Source: Thermoproteota archaeon (GTDB lineage Archaea > Korarchaeota > Korarchaeia > Korarchaeales > JAOZGB01). From it: a stretch of DNA of 32,172 nucleotides. Within the stretch, counting starts at the first letter, position 1. The number at the start of each line of letters is the position of its first letter. The DNA is taken from positions 1 to 32,172 of the forward strand of contig JAVCBU010000019.1 in the NCBI GenBank assembly GCA_037917685.1. Direction: 5' to 3'. The translations under genes and the position numbers were made by a program. A model generated the notes under the pieces. The model was given only the letters and a program-made list of their open reading frames with translations. It did not search any database and was not told the origin of the DNA. This document shows, piece after piece, positions 15,349 to 24,856 of this stretch.

Positions 15349-16650
15349 TTAGTTCACCCTTACTATCGTGTATTCTACGTTTAGCTTTGCCTGGAAGTCT
15401 GCTAGAAGTTTATCCGGGTTTGTTTTCGTCTCTGATAGCCATCTTAGGAAACTGCTGGTTAGTCTGAGCTTTGGTATTGCAACGTATAGAGGTCTTTCCC
15501 CCATTTTTTTAATGGTTGCCACCACCGCTTCCTTGGGGAACTCTGAGACCACTATGATCTCCGAAAAGCCCATTTTTTCAAGATCCTCGGCGAAGGCACT
15601 CCAATCCGGTTCTTTTGCTGGGTTAATGGGTTCAGAGTAGACTTTAAGACCTTGTTTTTCAAGTTCCTCTTTGATCTTTTCAGCTGCTTCCCTAGATTCC
15701 TTCCTGCACGTGTGTACTACGGTTATGGTTGCCTGAGCTTCAGCTTTCCTGTTGGAGATCCATTTGTGGATGCTTTTGGCTGTTTTCACAGCAAGCGGTG
15801 CGGGCAGGGTGGGTGTTAGGACTGCTATGCTTATATGATCATCTGGCGCCGGCCCGCCTATTTCCTGAGCGTCTGTTTCCTGAGTGTCTGTCTCCCCAAT
15901 TTCTCTGAACTCTATGTTTTGGCTTGATTGTTGTGGGTATACTATTTCCCATTTCCGCTTTGTCGTATTGTTTCCAAATACTATGAGTTTCGCCCTTGTC
16001 TCCTCTGCAAGTTTGGGTATTGCCTGAGGGGCTGCGTATAGAATTGCTATGTTTAGGTAGTTGTTGAACTCCGAGTCTTCTTCGAGACTCGCTGTGTCCT
16101 CGTACATGCCCCTATACTGTTCTAGTAGGTTTTTTAGGGTGAGCGAGGGTTTAGTGTCTCTTGTGGTGTGGGATGAGACTGGCATTCCCGCCCTTCCAAG
16201 GTCGGCTCCAAGTGTGATTGAGAGTGTGTGGAGCTGCGGCGGGGGGATCAAATATTTTCTTAGATCCTTCACTATTTTCCCGGGCTCTCTCTGGCCTGCC
16301 TCCTCCGGATCTATTGGCCCCGCTTCTTCATCGTCTCCAAGTTCCACGCCTATTTTCAACTGTAATCCGTTAATCTCCAGTATTAGAAACCAATCTATCT
16401 CAAGTTGTGCCGGGAATGCTGCGACTAGGTCGGGATGGAATAGTTGGAAGGATGGCTCGATAAGCCTTATCTTAAACTCTGAATTTTGGATGTCCATCAT
16501 TCTATATGTGTATACGCATATTTTTAAGCGTTGTTGTATAGTATCTTGTGTAAGGCTTGTTTGGAGGAGGGTGGCCTCATGACCGAGGCCAGGGAACCCG
16601 GCAACTGGGTTCCCCTTCCCTCCTTCTCCTATTTTAAACATGGCTAGCAT
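15349..16650 (-). CDS. Uncharacterised protein: restriction-endonuclease-like N-terminal motif + CARF/Rossmann-like domain(s)
   Basis: EIDWFLIL...IGVELG...KDLRKY, then ISIAVLTPTLPAP...TVVHTCRKESREAAEKIKEEL. Start codon uncertain. Confidence 0.5.
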   Translation of the reverse strand: MLAMFKIGEGGKGNPVAGFPGLGHEATLLQTSLTQDTIQQRLKICVYTYRMMDIQNSEFKIRLIEPSFQLFHPDLVAAFPAQLEIDWFLILEINGLQLKIGVELGDDEEAGPIDPEEAGQREPGKIVKDLRKYLIPPPQLHTLSITLGADLGRAGMPVSSHTTRDTKPSLTLKNLLEQYRGMYEDTASLEEDSEFNNYLNIAILYAAPQAIPKLAEETRAKLIVFGNNTTKRKWEIVYPQQSSQNIEFREIGETDTQETDAQEIGGPAPDDHISIAVLTPTLPAPLAVKTAKSIHKWISNRKAEAQATITVVHTCRKESREAAEKIKEELEKQGLKVYSEPINPAKEPDWSAFAEDLEKMGFSEIIVVSEFPKEAVVATIKKMGERPLYVAIPKLRLTSSFLRWLSETKTNPDKLLADFQAKLNVEYTIVRVN

Positions 16651-16665
16651 ACTTAAATACTTTGT

Positions 16666-18150
16666 GTGGTTTTGATTTCCGTGGGCTACCCGCCTGTTTC
16701 GCTGCTGTATTTTGGGAGGGTTGCCGTTTTGAAGTCTGCTCCCAGGGTGGAGGGTTCTGGGTGGATTATGGGCAGGTACGCGTCCAATTTCCTGCGGGAG
16801 GTGGAGAGCCGTGTCTGTGGATGTCTTTCTAAATGTGATGTGTCTTTTAGCATGCTTCTGAAGAGGGTTCCTTTGATAGGTTTTTCGGGTAGGATTTACT
16901 CAGAGTTTCTTGGTGCTTTTAGGTGTCCAGAATTCCCCCTGGTTGAGGTTAGGGTTTACTCCCCTGGCGTTGTCTCTGTCTGGGTTAAGGTGGTTTCCTA
17001 TCTCAGTGACCTCGACGTGCTTTCAAGGGTTTGGGCCACGTTCTGCAGGAAGGTGGCTAAACCGTTTGTCTCCAGGGTTTTTGGAGGAGACGGGTTTCTC
17101 CGTGGTATTGGCATGCCAGGTGTCCTGCGATTTCAGGGTTTCTGCACCACCTTTTACTCGTTTGTACACTTAATCGGAGGCCAAAGCCTTAAGGCTACAT
17201 CCGGGAAGGTGTTGTACTGTCTTGTAAATCCTCTTGGCTGCCAGAGTGTGAGTGAGGAGTATATTGTGAAGAACCTGCACGTCGAATCCGGCAAGTACGC
17301 TGGCGACCGCTTTGCATATTATCAGACTGGCATCCTGTTTCAGATGGCTGGTTTCAGAGGCAAGAGGAACAAGATTACAAGGAGGCGGGTTAGAGAAATG
17401 TACAAGCTTTCCGCCGATCTTGCTCTTGCAGCTCAGGCGTTCTACGGCGGCATTTCAAAGCCAGACTTCGACAATGACACCCTCTATAAGAGTTTACTGT
17501 GGCTTTCACCCCATTTCTGGAGTTCAGACTTTTATGTCAGGAGAAGATCCTTCCTCTCAGCCTACAGGCGTATAGCTAAAGGGATAAAACTTGATGAGTA
17601 TTTTAATAGGTACAGGCGATTCTTAACCTTGTTCTCCGACTTAAAGGTTAGGAAAACAATTGAGGAAATCAATTCCACAGCCTTGAAGCTTAGGATAGAG
17701 CCTCCTATTCCAAGATTCCCAGCTGGACGTGGTCTCTCAGGTGTTTCGAGGGTTCTAGTTGAATGTTTAATCTATAAACATCTTATTGAGGAGTCTCTGA
17801 TCCCCGAGGGAAAGGTTGGGAAAGCTCTTTTCAAACTATTGTATGGGGAGGATGTATCCAGCTACGAGGCTAACATCAGGAAGTTTAACGCTACATACAT
17901 GAGGAGAAAGCGGAAAGTTGGACTGTGTGTGACGGAGCTTTCAGTATCAACCGGGAAAAGCAAGGCTACACTCTACGAATTTATCAACCATGTCCATGAG
18001 TATACCCGTGGTATGCTTATGGTTGATGAGGATACATTGGGGAATAGGAAAGTTAAGGTTTTAAGGGTAAACACTGAGCACCAGGATGTCAGGAATCTAC
18101 TCTGGATTTACAATTCCAGGGTTAGGGAGATTGTTAGGAGGCTACGATGA
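16666..18150 (+). CDS. Uncharacterised protein with a C-terminal winged HTH
   Basis: 494-aa ORF ending GLCVTELSVSTGKSKATLYEFINHV...GNRKVKVLRVN. The true start may be the ATG at 16768. Confidence 0.65.
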   Translation: MVLISVGYPPVSLLYFGRVAVLKSAPRVEGSGWIMGRYASNFLREVESRVCGCLSKCDVSFSMLLKRVPLIGFSGRIYSEFLGAFRCPEFPLVEVRVYSPGVVSVWVKVVSYLSDLDVLSRVWATFCRKVAKPFVSRVFGGDGFLRGIGMPGVLRFQGFCTTFYSFVHLIGGQSLKATSGKVLYCLVNPLGCQSVSEEYIVKNLHVESGKYAGDRFAYYQTGILFQMAGFRGKRNKITRRRVREMYKLSADLALAAQAFYGGISKPDFDNDTLYKSLLWLSPHFWSSDFYVRRRSFLSAYRRIAKGIKLDEYFNRYRRFLTLFSDLKVRKTIEEINSTALKLRIEPPIPRFPAGRGLSGVSRVLVECLIYKHLIEESLIPEGKVGKALFKLLYGEDVSSYEANIRKFNATYMRRKRKVGLCVTELSVSTGKSKATLYEFINHVHEYTRGMLMVDEDTLGNRKVKVLRVNTEHQDVRNLLWIYNSRVREIVRRLR

Positions 18151-19713
18151 CGATACCCTTTCCAGGGAAGTGTTAAGCTCCTCCAATGTCCTGTCGATGT
18201 CAAACATTTTCTCCCTGGGGTTGTAGAGGTTTAGTGGAACCTGCCAGCCCGATGATTCGGCGCTTATCACAGGCTGAAACAGTATGATCTTGTCCTTTAG
18301 CAGGAGTCTTGAAGCATTTACAACAGCCCTGGTTAGGTAGGGCTTTGTGTAGATTATCCCCCATATCCCATCGAACTGGCCTCTGACATATGTAAGTAGG
18401 ACTGTGGAGACAGATGAAAAGGTGTTTGATACGGTTCTAAAAAGTTCCTCCCGCTCCCGGAGTAGTATTATGGATGGGTCTCCCAGGGCTACCCCCGTCG
18501 GGTATACAACATTGTATAAGACGTTTTCTTTCCGGAGTTTCTTTATCATGCTTCTAGTCGTCCAGTAGCTTAGTCCAAGTTTTTTACAAAGCTTAGAGGG
18601 CGATGACTCTCCTGAACAGTGAATCATGTTTATCAGTTTTAGCTCGTTCATGGTTGGCTTGTAGTAATGACCTTCAAGCTTAGGCCGTGGTTTTATCGGT
18701 AGATGGGTATAGTATCTCTCGCACATCTTTAGGAGTACCTGCTCCGGGCTTATATCCTCTATGAATATGCTGTAGCTCTGCCTAACAACAGTGGAGAGTT
18801 TTAGCGAATCGTATTTTTCTATGATTTCCTGTAGCTTCTTGTTGTAATCGTAGGGTAGCAGGATTGATATGAAGGTTGGATTGGCGGATGAGAGTTGGAA
18901 TATGCGGTATGTGAAGGGGAACTCAGCGAAAACCTCCATGTATCTGTTACTATTCTCTTCTATTATCAACAATAAGGTTATTAGTCCGATCTTTCTGAAA
19001 TTCACATTTATAAAGCCTGTTATCAGGTTCATGGCTCTAAGCCTACCTATACACCTGTATACGGTTGACTTGGCATGCCTGGACATCTTAACTATATCCT
19101 TTACCTCTATGGAATGATGGCGGCTTATTAGACTAAGAATCCTCGTTTCCGCCTTTGAAAGTGAGGGTGTAAGATAGGATTGAAAGTTTAGGATGACCTC
19201 ATAGTATATCTTGAAGTCTAGGAATGGAAGGACTTCCGCAAATCTCCTCAGAAGCTTTACGCATGATAATACTGCGTCTAACCCTTTACTTGCGATAAAG
19301 CTCTTCATGATTTTGACTCCATAGTAAGGCTGGAGGAGCGGGATGAACACTGGCATAGAGCTTTCCTCCCACCACTTCTCAACATCATCCCTATGGCCTT
19401 CGTGAAAGTAGGCATATGCCCAGGCAAGGTCCGAGTATTGTGGAACCTGGTCCCACTTGTAAGGAATATACTGTCTGAAAGCCTCCCTACGCAGGGTAAA
19501 ACTGACGAGTCTACTGTCAAGCTGGGATGATATTGCCATCTTCTTACCCGAATACTTAACCCCGGAGTAATAGCCTTTTTCAACAGGAAAATTCTCTACT
19601 GTTATCTTTTCTGGAATATGCCTTATTGGAGTTAGATTCAACAGTTTACCCGCCTTTACAATTTCCTGTTTGAAAAGCACGTATAACCCTTTATCTCGCA
19701 ATTTGGGAACCAA
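18142..19713 (-). CDS. Large transcriptional regulator with two Lrp/AsnC-like wHTH modules
   Basis: LSKAETRILSLI...AKSTVYRCIGRLRAMNLI...NFRKIGL and NELKLINMI...LGLSYWTTRSMIKKLRKENVL, each followed by a beta/alpha domain. Confidence 0.75.
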   Translation of the reverse strand: MVPKLRDKGLYVLFKQEIVKAGKLLNLTPIRHIPEKITVENFPVEKGYYSGVKYSGKKMAISSQLDSRLVSFTLRREAFRQYIPYKWDQVPQYSDLAWAYAYFHEGHRDDVEKWWEESSMPVFIPLLQPYYGVKIMKSFIASKGLDAVLSCVKLLRRFAEVLPFLDFKIYYEVILNFQSYLTPSLSKAETRILSLISRHHSIEVKDIVKMSRHAKSTVYRCIGRLRAMNLITGFINVNFRKIGLITLLLIIEENSNRYMEVFAEFPFTYRIFQLSSANPTFISILLPYDYNKKLQEIIEKYDSLKLSTVVRQSYSIFIEDISPEQVLLKMCERYYTHLPIKPRPKLEGHYYKPTMNELKLINMIHCSGESSPSKLCKKLGLSYWTTRSMIKKLRKENVLYNVVYPTGVALGDPSIILLREREELFRTVSNTFSSVSTVLLTYVRGQFDGIWGIIYTKPYLTRAVVNASRLLLKDKIILFQPVISAESSGWQVPLNLYNPREKMFDIDRTLEELNTSLERVSSS

Positions 19714-19859
19714 ACATCTTGGACTTAATATTCTGAGATATCTGAAATGATTTTAAAATTTATTATCCAAGTATAGGGATTCCCAACATCTAAAGAACGT
19801 GTATAAACATCCTAGCTAAAGCCCAGAATTCACCCCTCCTCTCTTACTATGGAGGCAAG

Positions 19860-20036
19860 ATGAAAGTCACAACCATACTTCTAATACTGATAGCTGCCAC
19901 CGCAGTCTCAGCAACTGTAAACCTCGTTGTCTGCCCGATACCCCCACCAATACCTCCCAATCCACCCGATCCTCCAGGTCTAAAACCTGACAACCCTGCT
20001 CTACCAGCCCACAACCCACATCTAATACCAAAATAA
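19860..20036 (+). CDS. 58-aa putative secreted proline-rich peptide (below the ORF-track cutoff)
   Basis: MKVTTILLILIAATAVSATVNLVVCPIPPPIPPNPPDPPGLKPDNPALPAHNPHLIPK*. GGAGG at 19851-19855, signal-peptide-like N-terminus, terminator-like element downstream. Confidence 0.6.
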   Translation: MKVTTILLILIAATAVSATVNLVVCPIPPPIPPNPPDPPGLKPDNPALPAHNPHLIPK

Positions 20037-20040
20037 TCCT

Positions 20041-20066
20041 ATTTTCCCCCCTTTTTTTGGGGAAAT
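20041..20066 (+). terminator. Putative terminator (TTTCCCC/GGGGAAA inverted repeat enclosing a T7 run)
   Basis: ATTTTCCCCCCTTTTTTTGGGGAAAT just after the peptide stop. Confidence 0.5.
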
Positions 20067-20078
20067 TTAGGAGCAGTA

Positions 20079-20086
20079 TTTAAATA
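20079..20086 (+). promoter_or_regulatory. Putative TATA box of the type I operon
   Basis: TTTAAATA ending 24 bp before the ATG at 20111. Confidence 0.55.
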
Positions 20087-20110
20087 TGGTTTTTAATGGT
20101 GAAACATTAG

Positions 20111-22135
20111 ATGGCAGCCTCCTATGTCAGGACAAACCTTGGGAAATGGGGGAAGCAACGCCAGACTTTTTGGGAGCACGGCTACCTAACACATGTATTC
20201 CGTAGAACCTTGAACTATCCTGCAATAGTGACGTTGAAGTCCGCTGTAAAATGCGACGATATGGAAAGGCTGATCGACAACTATCTGTCTCTAACAACAG
20301 TTGAAGACTACTTTCACGACTATGACAAACTATACGTGCCAGCTGAAATGTTAAATCCTGTCGATATAGCTAGGTTCAAAGATCACGGTAACATAGATTC
20401 TGAAAGGAACAGGAAGGCCCTTAAACTACTTATTGAGGACTTGAACACCCAAAGATTCATACATGTTAAAAACATAGAAAGAGATATAGATATCGTATTC
20501 GCAATTTCAGAGGGGTTTATCGAGAGGGCTTTAAGGGCTGCAAACTTTTCGCATGAGGGTGACCGGACACCTGAGAAATTTTCTATGGTTGCCGGTGTGC
20601 TTAAGGAGTTTGTAGAGGCCCACGGCTGCCTTGTTGACAACGCCTATTTTATCGATTTTGCTAGGATCCATATGTTCACCCTGAGAGTCGCAGATTCTAT
20701 AGCATCAGCCTACAGGAAGCCAGCTTTCAAAAGCGATGTAACCGAGTATCTAAATATAATAGACCAGAAGCTTGGAAAATACGTATTTCATGTTTCTTCG
20801 GTATTGTTTAATCCTGTTTTTATCGAGTCCTTAAGGTACGATGTTACAAAGGGGTACTTTTACGTTTACAACAGGGTCTACAAAGCGCTGGACAGCTGGA
20901 TAAAGGATAAGGGCATAATAGTTGAGGATAGGCTGTCGCTGATAGTGGCATTATGGCTTGGGCCTGAGGAGAACGGGATCCAAGGGATGGCTTCTCAAAT
21001 TGCTGGTGAATTATACCTTACAGACGTTCATGAAGACATATTTCACTGCGAGGAACAGATAGTTGACCCTAGAGCAGATCCTACAGGTTTTGACAGTGAA
21101 TTAAGGATGAAAATACTGGAACTAATGCTTAAGTACCCGCCCGTAGAGCATGCAGACCTAATGCCTTGTAACTCGTGCGGTAGACCAGTTGTCGGTAGGC
21201 TCTGGAAAAGTATAACAGAATTGGGAAACTATATCGGGGATGAAGCAAAAAGCAAGGCTAAGGAGGCTGGGGAGATGAGGAGCCTTGAGACAATGGGAAA
21301 TCTCGGCTACATTAAAACTGTTTCGGAAAGGCTCTATGGTATTAGCTCATCCCAGATTTGTAACTCAAGTATTCCCCTCTGTAACTCGTGTAGCAAGTTG
21401 ATCAAGGTATGGGCTGAAAACTATACTCTTCCTAGGAAGGGCGAGATCTTATTCACCGTTTACATACCAGAGGTAAATAGGGACTCGTACAGGACAACGG
21501 AGGACATGAAAATCACAGGGGAACAATCAGACATGCTGGCATCAATCCTCTATAGCTACCATCTCAAACAGCTTCTTACGACCTTAATCTATAACAGCCT
21601 GGAAGTTAGAGCCTCGGAGATGATTGGTGTTTCAGCGATAACTATACCCGTCCTCTTTTTGTCAGAGGTAACAGAGCCTATAGAGCAGGTGCTGAAAGTT
21701 CTAATGGATAATGATCTGCTGAGGGTGAAGCTTCCTGATAGTGTTGTTGAGTATAAGCCTAACTTCGGCATGAGGATAGGGGCAGGTCCGATGTCGGCTG
21801 ATGGGAAAGTATGGGATCACTCGGTACTGCCGGGGGTATACGATGTAGAAACCTATGTTAGAAGGATGAAAAGAGCGAAAAAGCTGTATGATAGTTTGAA
21901 TATCCTTCCGAGATCGAAGAGGGAGGATTTCTTATCCTATCTCTTCGCCCTTGAAGGATGTAATAATAGAGTAGCTCCCGCTATAGGGAGGCTTTTCAGG
22001 ACTGTACCAGAGGGGAAGGAGAAAGCTGTAAGGAAGCGTATTGATGGATTCTGCGAAGTAGCTGTGGAGGCTGCCAGGAACCCGGGGAGCGTGTATGATT
22101 TGAGGATAATTCTATCAAATATTAGAGGTGGGTGA
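20111..22135 (+). CDS. Type I-D-like large subunit with N-terminal HD nuclease (divergent, short Cas10d-like)
   Basis: Cas3-HD-type motifs TFWEH, FHDYDK, KDH, SHEG and RVADSIAS, plus the Zn-binding pair CNSCGR / LCNSC. First gene of an operon with an HD-less cas3. Confidence 0.7.
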   Translation: MAASYVRTNLGKWGKQRQTFWEHGYLTHVFRRTLNYPAIVTLKSAVKCDDMERLIDNYLSLTTVEDYFHDYDKLYVPAEMLNPVDIARFKDHGNIDSERNRKALKLLIEDLNTQRFIHVKNIERDIDIVFAISEGFIERALRAANFSHEGDRTPEKFSMVAGVLKEFVEAHGCLVDNAYFIDFARIHMFTLRVADSIASAYRKPAFKSDVTEYLNIIDQKLGKYVFHVSSVLFNPVFIESLRYDVTKGYFYVYNRVYKALDSWIKDKGIIVEDRLSLIVALWLGPEENGIQGMASQIAGELYLTDVHEDIFHCEEQIVDPRADPTGFDSELRMKILELMLKYPPVEHADLMPCNSCGRPVVGRLWKSITELGNYIGDEAKSKAKEAGEMRSLETMGNLGYIKTVSERLYGISSSQICNSSIPLCNSCSKLIKVWAENYTLPRKGEILFTVYIPEVNRDSYRTTEDMKITGEQSDMLASILYSYHLKQLLTTLIYNSLEVRASEMIGVSAITIPVLFLSEVTEPIEQVLKVLMDNDLLRVKLPDSVVEYKPNFGMRIGAGPMSADGKVWDHSVLPGVYDVETYVRRMKRAKKLYDSLNILPRSKREDFLSYLFALEGCNNRVAPAIGRLFRTVPEGKEKAVRKRIDGFCEVAVEAARNPGSVYDLRIILSNIRGG

Positions 22136-22136
22136 G

Positions 22137-22649
22137 ATGTGTGAGGGTTTACTTCCTTCGTCCGCTTGGGACTTGTTTGAAAGGCTTGATAAGATTGAGG
22201 AGTTAGATGAGGATCAAATAGCCTTCACGGTCGCGGGAGTCTTAGCGCTTGCAAGCCATAGTGCAGGACTACTCTCGTCAAGCAGCCCAGGCGAAAACTT
22301 CTCATTGTTCTTCAGCTTTACGTCATCTATAGATGAAAAACTTGATCCAAAGAGGACGTTTAGAAGGCTATGCGGCTCATTTCTCAACTATTCGATGGAC
22401 AAGATAAAGAAGCCGTTAAAGGTAACCCCATGTGTCGCCGACAAGTCCATCAAGAAACTAATGGTTAGCCTTGAAAGGGCTTTGACGAGAACAGACGATA
22501 ATACGGCTAGAAAGGTGGTTAAAGGCATGCTAGGCGTAAGAGACGCGGCTTACCTGTATGTTTACATGCCCGTTGAAAAGCTGAAGGAGATATTCAAGGA
22601 CGGGAGGCTTGTTTTAAACTGCCCAAAAAAGGATGAAGGAGGTGATTAA
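22137..22649 (+). CDS. Putative small subunit (Cas11-like)
   Basis: ~170-aa helical protein between the large subunit and cas7. GAGGTG RBS before the ATG at 22137. Confidence 0.55.
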   Translation: MCEGLLPSSAWDLFERLDKIEELDEDQIAFTVAGVLALASHSAGLLSSSSPGENFSLFFSFTSSIDEKLDPKRTFRRLCGSFLNYSMDKIKKPLKVTPCVADKSIKKLMVSLERALTRTDDNTARKVVKGMLGVRDAAYLYVYMPVEKLKEIFKDGRLVLNCPKKDEGGD

Positions 22650-22650
22650 T

Positions 22651-23958
22651 ATGAGTTTGGAAGAACCTGTCCTAGATAAGATCCCGAAAGGTATCGGAAG
22701 GGAGATAGGACTTTACAAGTCCATCCCAGCTGTGAGAGTGTGGGGTGTAATAAGCTTTGAGAGGGCTTTCAGCGGAAACGAGGCTGCCACGATAAATGAA
22801 GCCTTCACAGACATGGAGACCTTCCTCATAGAAAGGGAGGGGGACAAAGGCCTGGAATACGAGTTAGATGCTAGGGCTAGGGTTAGAGCTACAAAGTTTA
22901 ATTATGTGCGTGAAAGCTTCTTTAGACAGTGTATTCGCAGGATTATGGAGCCATACCTTGAAGCACTCTCAAACGGCGGCGATACCTCAGTCTACGATAA
23001 AATAATAGAGGACGCGAAGGCCATACTTCCAACTGATAAGCATAAGGAGCAGTTCAAGAACATTATTTTGAAGATGGCAACCTGTGCACCTTACGATCCT
23101 TGTGGAGCTTGTCCAGCATGCATCGCTGAAGGTGCAGCAGCTTCGACTGCTCCAACCAAGGGATCCCTACCCTTAAACTGGGAGAAGAAGTATAAGGAAA
23201 CAGACTTTAAAACGTTTTATACAGTTAAGTCAGCCGCCTTGGATCTTGGGGTGCCTGTTGGAGGCCAGATCTTAGAGCCGAAGCTTACGGAGACCATTGT
23301 AAGGAATAGGGTTCCTAGACCCGGCACAGCGGAGACGGAGACCGGAGCGCTTAAGGAGAGAGGTATGATGTTCTTTAAAGAGCACATGTTCAAGGGACCC
23401 GGGTACTTTAAGACGACAATTTTCAACCCTACTAGGTTAGAGCTTGGTTTCTTGGCGTATGAGCATCTGGTTGAGGATGTTAGAAAGGGGGCTAAAACAT
23501 CCTCTGGAGCTGGAGTCTGGGACCTATATAGGAACAGCAGCGGAGAGCCACTAATAGTGGTTGACGAAATCCTTCGAGTAGAAGGCTTTCTGACGCATCC
23601 GCCTCCACCATCGGTGCCTGTGGAAGTGCAAAACCTTGAAACAGGGCTTAAGAGATGCTTCTACGATGTAATAGGTGAGGGTAGGGGGGATGGGATAAGC
23701 GGGGTTAAAGAGTACAGGAACGACGAGGGAAGGGTTGTTTTAAGAAGGTACGTGGGAGAAAAGGCGATAGAAAGGCTGAGAACATATATCAAGGAGCTGA
23801 GGATTTTCGAAGTCGAATCCGAGGAGGAACGCTTAGAGACGTTTAAGGGGCTTGTGGAATACGCTGCCGAGGTTATGAGGTATATTCACAGGCCTGCGGC
23901 TGCAAGGGAAGAGCTTGAGCGTAGAGAAAAGCAGGGGAAAGGCCGAGGGAAGGCTTGA
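22651..23958 (+). CDS. cas7: Divergent Cas7 (Csc2-like)
   Basis: CAPYDPCGACPACIAEG (Csc2-like CxxCxxC), RNRV, RKGAKTSSGAG loop. Perfect GGAGGTGA RBS before the ATG at 22651. Confidence 0.65.
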   Translation: MSLEEPVLDKIPKGIGREIGLYKSIPAVRVWGVISFERAFSGNEAATINEAFTDMETFLIEREGDKGLEYELDARARVRATKFNYVRESFFRQCIRRIMEPYLEALSNGGDTSVYDKIIEDAKAILPTDKHKEQFKNIILKMATCAPYDPCGACPACIAEGAAASTAPTKGSLPLNWEKKYKETDFKTFYTVKSAALDLGVPVGGQILEPKLTETIVRNRVPRPGTAETETGALKERGMMFFKEHMFKGPGYFKTTIFNPTRLELGFLAYEHLVEDVRKGAKTSSGAGVWDLYRNSSGEPLIVVDEILRVEGFLTHPPPPSVPVEVQNLETGLKRCFYDVIGEGRGDGISGVKEYRNDEGRVVLRRYVGEKAIERLRTYIKELRIFEVESEEERLETFKGLVEYAAEVMRYIHRPAAAREELERREKQGKGRGKA

Positions 23959-23974
23959 CACTAGGGATCAGCAT

Positions 23975-24856
23975 ATGCTTGCAGCAGTTATTCACGCTGT
24001 AAACGTTGACCCGGTATGTTGCACAGAGACTACTTCCAAGATAAACATATTCAAACCGTCACACGTGATTTATAGAACGGCGGTTGCAGGGGCGATGCTT
24101 AGGGTGGTACTACTCTCAAAGGGTGAAAACTTCTATACATTTTTTAACAGGTGGGTATCTTGTAGAAACGCGAGAGAAGAGATTACTAAGGAGTATATTA
24201 GCCTTCTCAGGGAGCTTCCGAAAGTCTCGGTTACAGACGGCATACTGTTGAGGGAGAGCTCGATACTACCTGAGAATTATAACTTAATACTTGATGGCAC
24301 CGCGACAGCCCTTGGATCGATAAAGAAAGCGTCTCTAGGAAAGCTGGCGGGGTACCAGATTGTCGGCGTTCCCCATCTAACCTTCAGAGCTGTTCCAAAC
24401 CTTCTAAAACATTATTTTAGAGCTCCGGGTGCGGATTGGAGATTCATCATCTTCGGCCAAGAGGGTGAGCTTGCTGAGGGGGCGAAAATTCTACAGATAG
24501 CCCTTCGGGAAGTAGGCTTGGGTGGGAAACACTCCTTTAGGGGTAGGTTCATCATTAAGAGCATAAAGGAGGTGGAACTGAAACCTATCATGGAGCCGGT
24601 TATGGGAGAACTATGTCAACCTCTTATATGCCGGGACGGCAGAGTTGAGCAAACGCTGAAGAGGCTTAGGCTTACGCCCGTGAGGTTTAGAGCAACCACA
24701 CGATACTCTGGAATAGCGCCCTGTAGCAGGATAGTTCCGGCTCTTGAAGGCGTGTTCAAAGCAGAGACTGGTTATCAGATGGAATTCGAGGGTAAAACCC
24801 TTATTGTTACAGGGGAAGATCTTAATTGGCCTCACCATCTGGAAGCATCAGCCTAG
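23975..24856 (+). CDS. cas5: Divergent Cas5-group RAMP (Csc1 position)
   Basis: IYRTAVAGAML helix and G-rich loop VGLGGKHSFRGRF. Lies between cas7 and cas3. Confidence 0.6.
   Translation: MLAAVIHAVNVDPVCCTETTSKINIFKPSHVIYRTAVAGAMLRVVLLSKGENFYTFFNRWVSCRNAREEITKEYISLLRELPKVSVTDGILLRESSILPENYNLILDGTATALGSIKKASLGKLAGYQIVGVPHLTFRAVPNLLKHYFRAPGADWRFIIFGQEGELAEGAKILQIALREVGLGGKHSFRGRFIIKSIKEVELKPIMEPVMGELCQPLICRDGRVEQTLKRLRLTPVRFRATTRYSGIAPCSRIVPALEGVFKAETGYQMEFEGKTLIVTGEDLNWPHHLEASA

Noticed and set aside
5625-16582. Numerous plus-strand and alternate-frame ORFs over the cas genes
   Set aside because: Antisense/shadow ORFs of motif-supported genes, favoured by the skewed codon usage.
23975-24856. 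Calling this RAMP cas6
   Set aside because: The G-rich loop is internal rather than C-terminal, and the position between cas7 and cas3 fits Cas5.
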